DNA of 63,364 nucleotides, counting the filler, from Circinaria calcarea (taxonomy: Eukaryota), in the NCBI GenBank assembly GCA_051942165.1. It is 55 parts of 55 records of this genome, joined end to end, with 100 filler letters (N's around TTAATTAATTAA, not from the genome) between each part and the next. Parts side by side here need not be neighbours in the genome. Positions count along the whole stretch, not along the records: positions 62,327 to 63,364 come from JAVECS010005436.1; 54 more parts are not named here. One strand, written 5' to 3'. This document shows, piece by piece, positions 63,038-63,364 of this stretch. A program made the position numbers and the translations under genes. The stretch's first letter is position 1, and each line of letters begins with the position of its first letter. Below the pieces are notes generated by a model. That model worked only from the letters and a program-made list of their open reading frames with translations. It made no database searches and was not told the origin of the DNA.

Positions 63038-63364
63038 CTAAATCTGCAACGCGCTCTTCCCCCTCTCGTACACATAAAAGCTCACCGCCGCCATCGGCAC
63101 CACCTTCAGATATCCAATCGACATACCGACCCAGAATCCCCTCCACCCCTTCTCCCGCCAGATCCTGCCTGCCGTCTCGCCGATACTCAGACGATGGCCA
63201 TCGCCCACGGCGCCGCCGACTTGCATGCGCCGGCGGATGACTTCGAGCGGGTAGGATGCCGTTTGGGAGACCAGGCCCGCGAGGGCGCCGGAGAGGAGCT
63301 CGGCCCAATAAGTCAGGGGAGCGGGTTTATTGGGAACGCGGGTGGAGGAGGCGGAGGGTGGTTG
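63038..63364 (-). CDS. LEU5: Mitochondrial CoA carrier Leu5, C-terminus
   Basis: [28 protein letters not shown]. Confidence 0.88.
   Translation of the reverse strand, partial: QPPSASSTRVPNKPAPLTYWAELLSGALAGLVSQTASYPLEVIRRRMQVGGAVGDGHRLSIGETAGRIWREKGWRGFWVGMSIGYLKVVPMAAVSFYVYERGKSALQI

Noticed and set aside
1..63364. Gene cluster or multi-gene system built from neighbouring genes
   Set aside because: Contigs are independent and ordered by length, so only within-contig adjacency is real

Overview
This is not one genomic locus. It is a concatenation of about 55 unrelated ~1.04-1.07 kb contigs, in decreasing length order, joined by an artificial 100-bp spacer (N44-TTAATTAATTAA-N44, stops in all six frames). 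Neighbours across a spacer carry no biological meaning. The contigs come from filamentous ascomycete fungi: short GT..AG introns with CTAAC/CTAAT branch points, Pezizomycotina-type genes and RIP-like AT-rich transposon relics. Several species are probably mixed; a lichen or soil community is my inference. About 35 genes, mostly partial, are recognisable, including vma3 (complete), mlh1, mcm4, tfb4, ssn8, pex12, leu5, sal1, coa6, sam35, a Ctr transporter, GH16, a GMC oxidoreductase, a NACHT protein and an SprT-like protease. I found no rRNA, tRNA or CRISPR array and cannot support a multi-gene novel system. The best observations concern mobile elements and cross-contig matches: (1) a dcl2 Dicer pseudogene cut by a hAT-like terminus that also cuts a Helitron relic; (2) a small non-coding LTR element with an internal hairpin array and one-sided RIP; (3) two solo LTRs with overlapping TSDs; (4) a solo-LTR family on three contigs; (5) MITEs; (6) two homologues of an unannotated Cys-patterned protein family. 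All identifications come from motif recognition by eye, with no database search.
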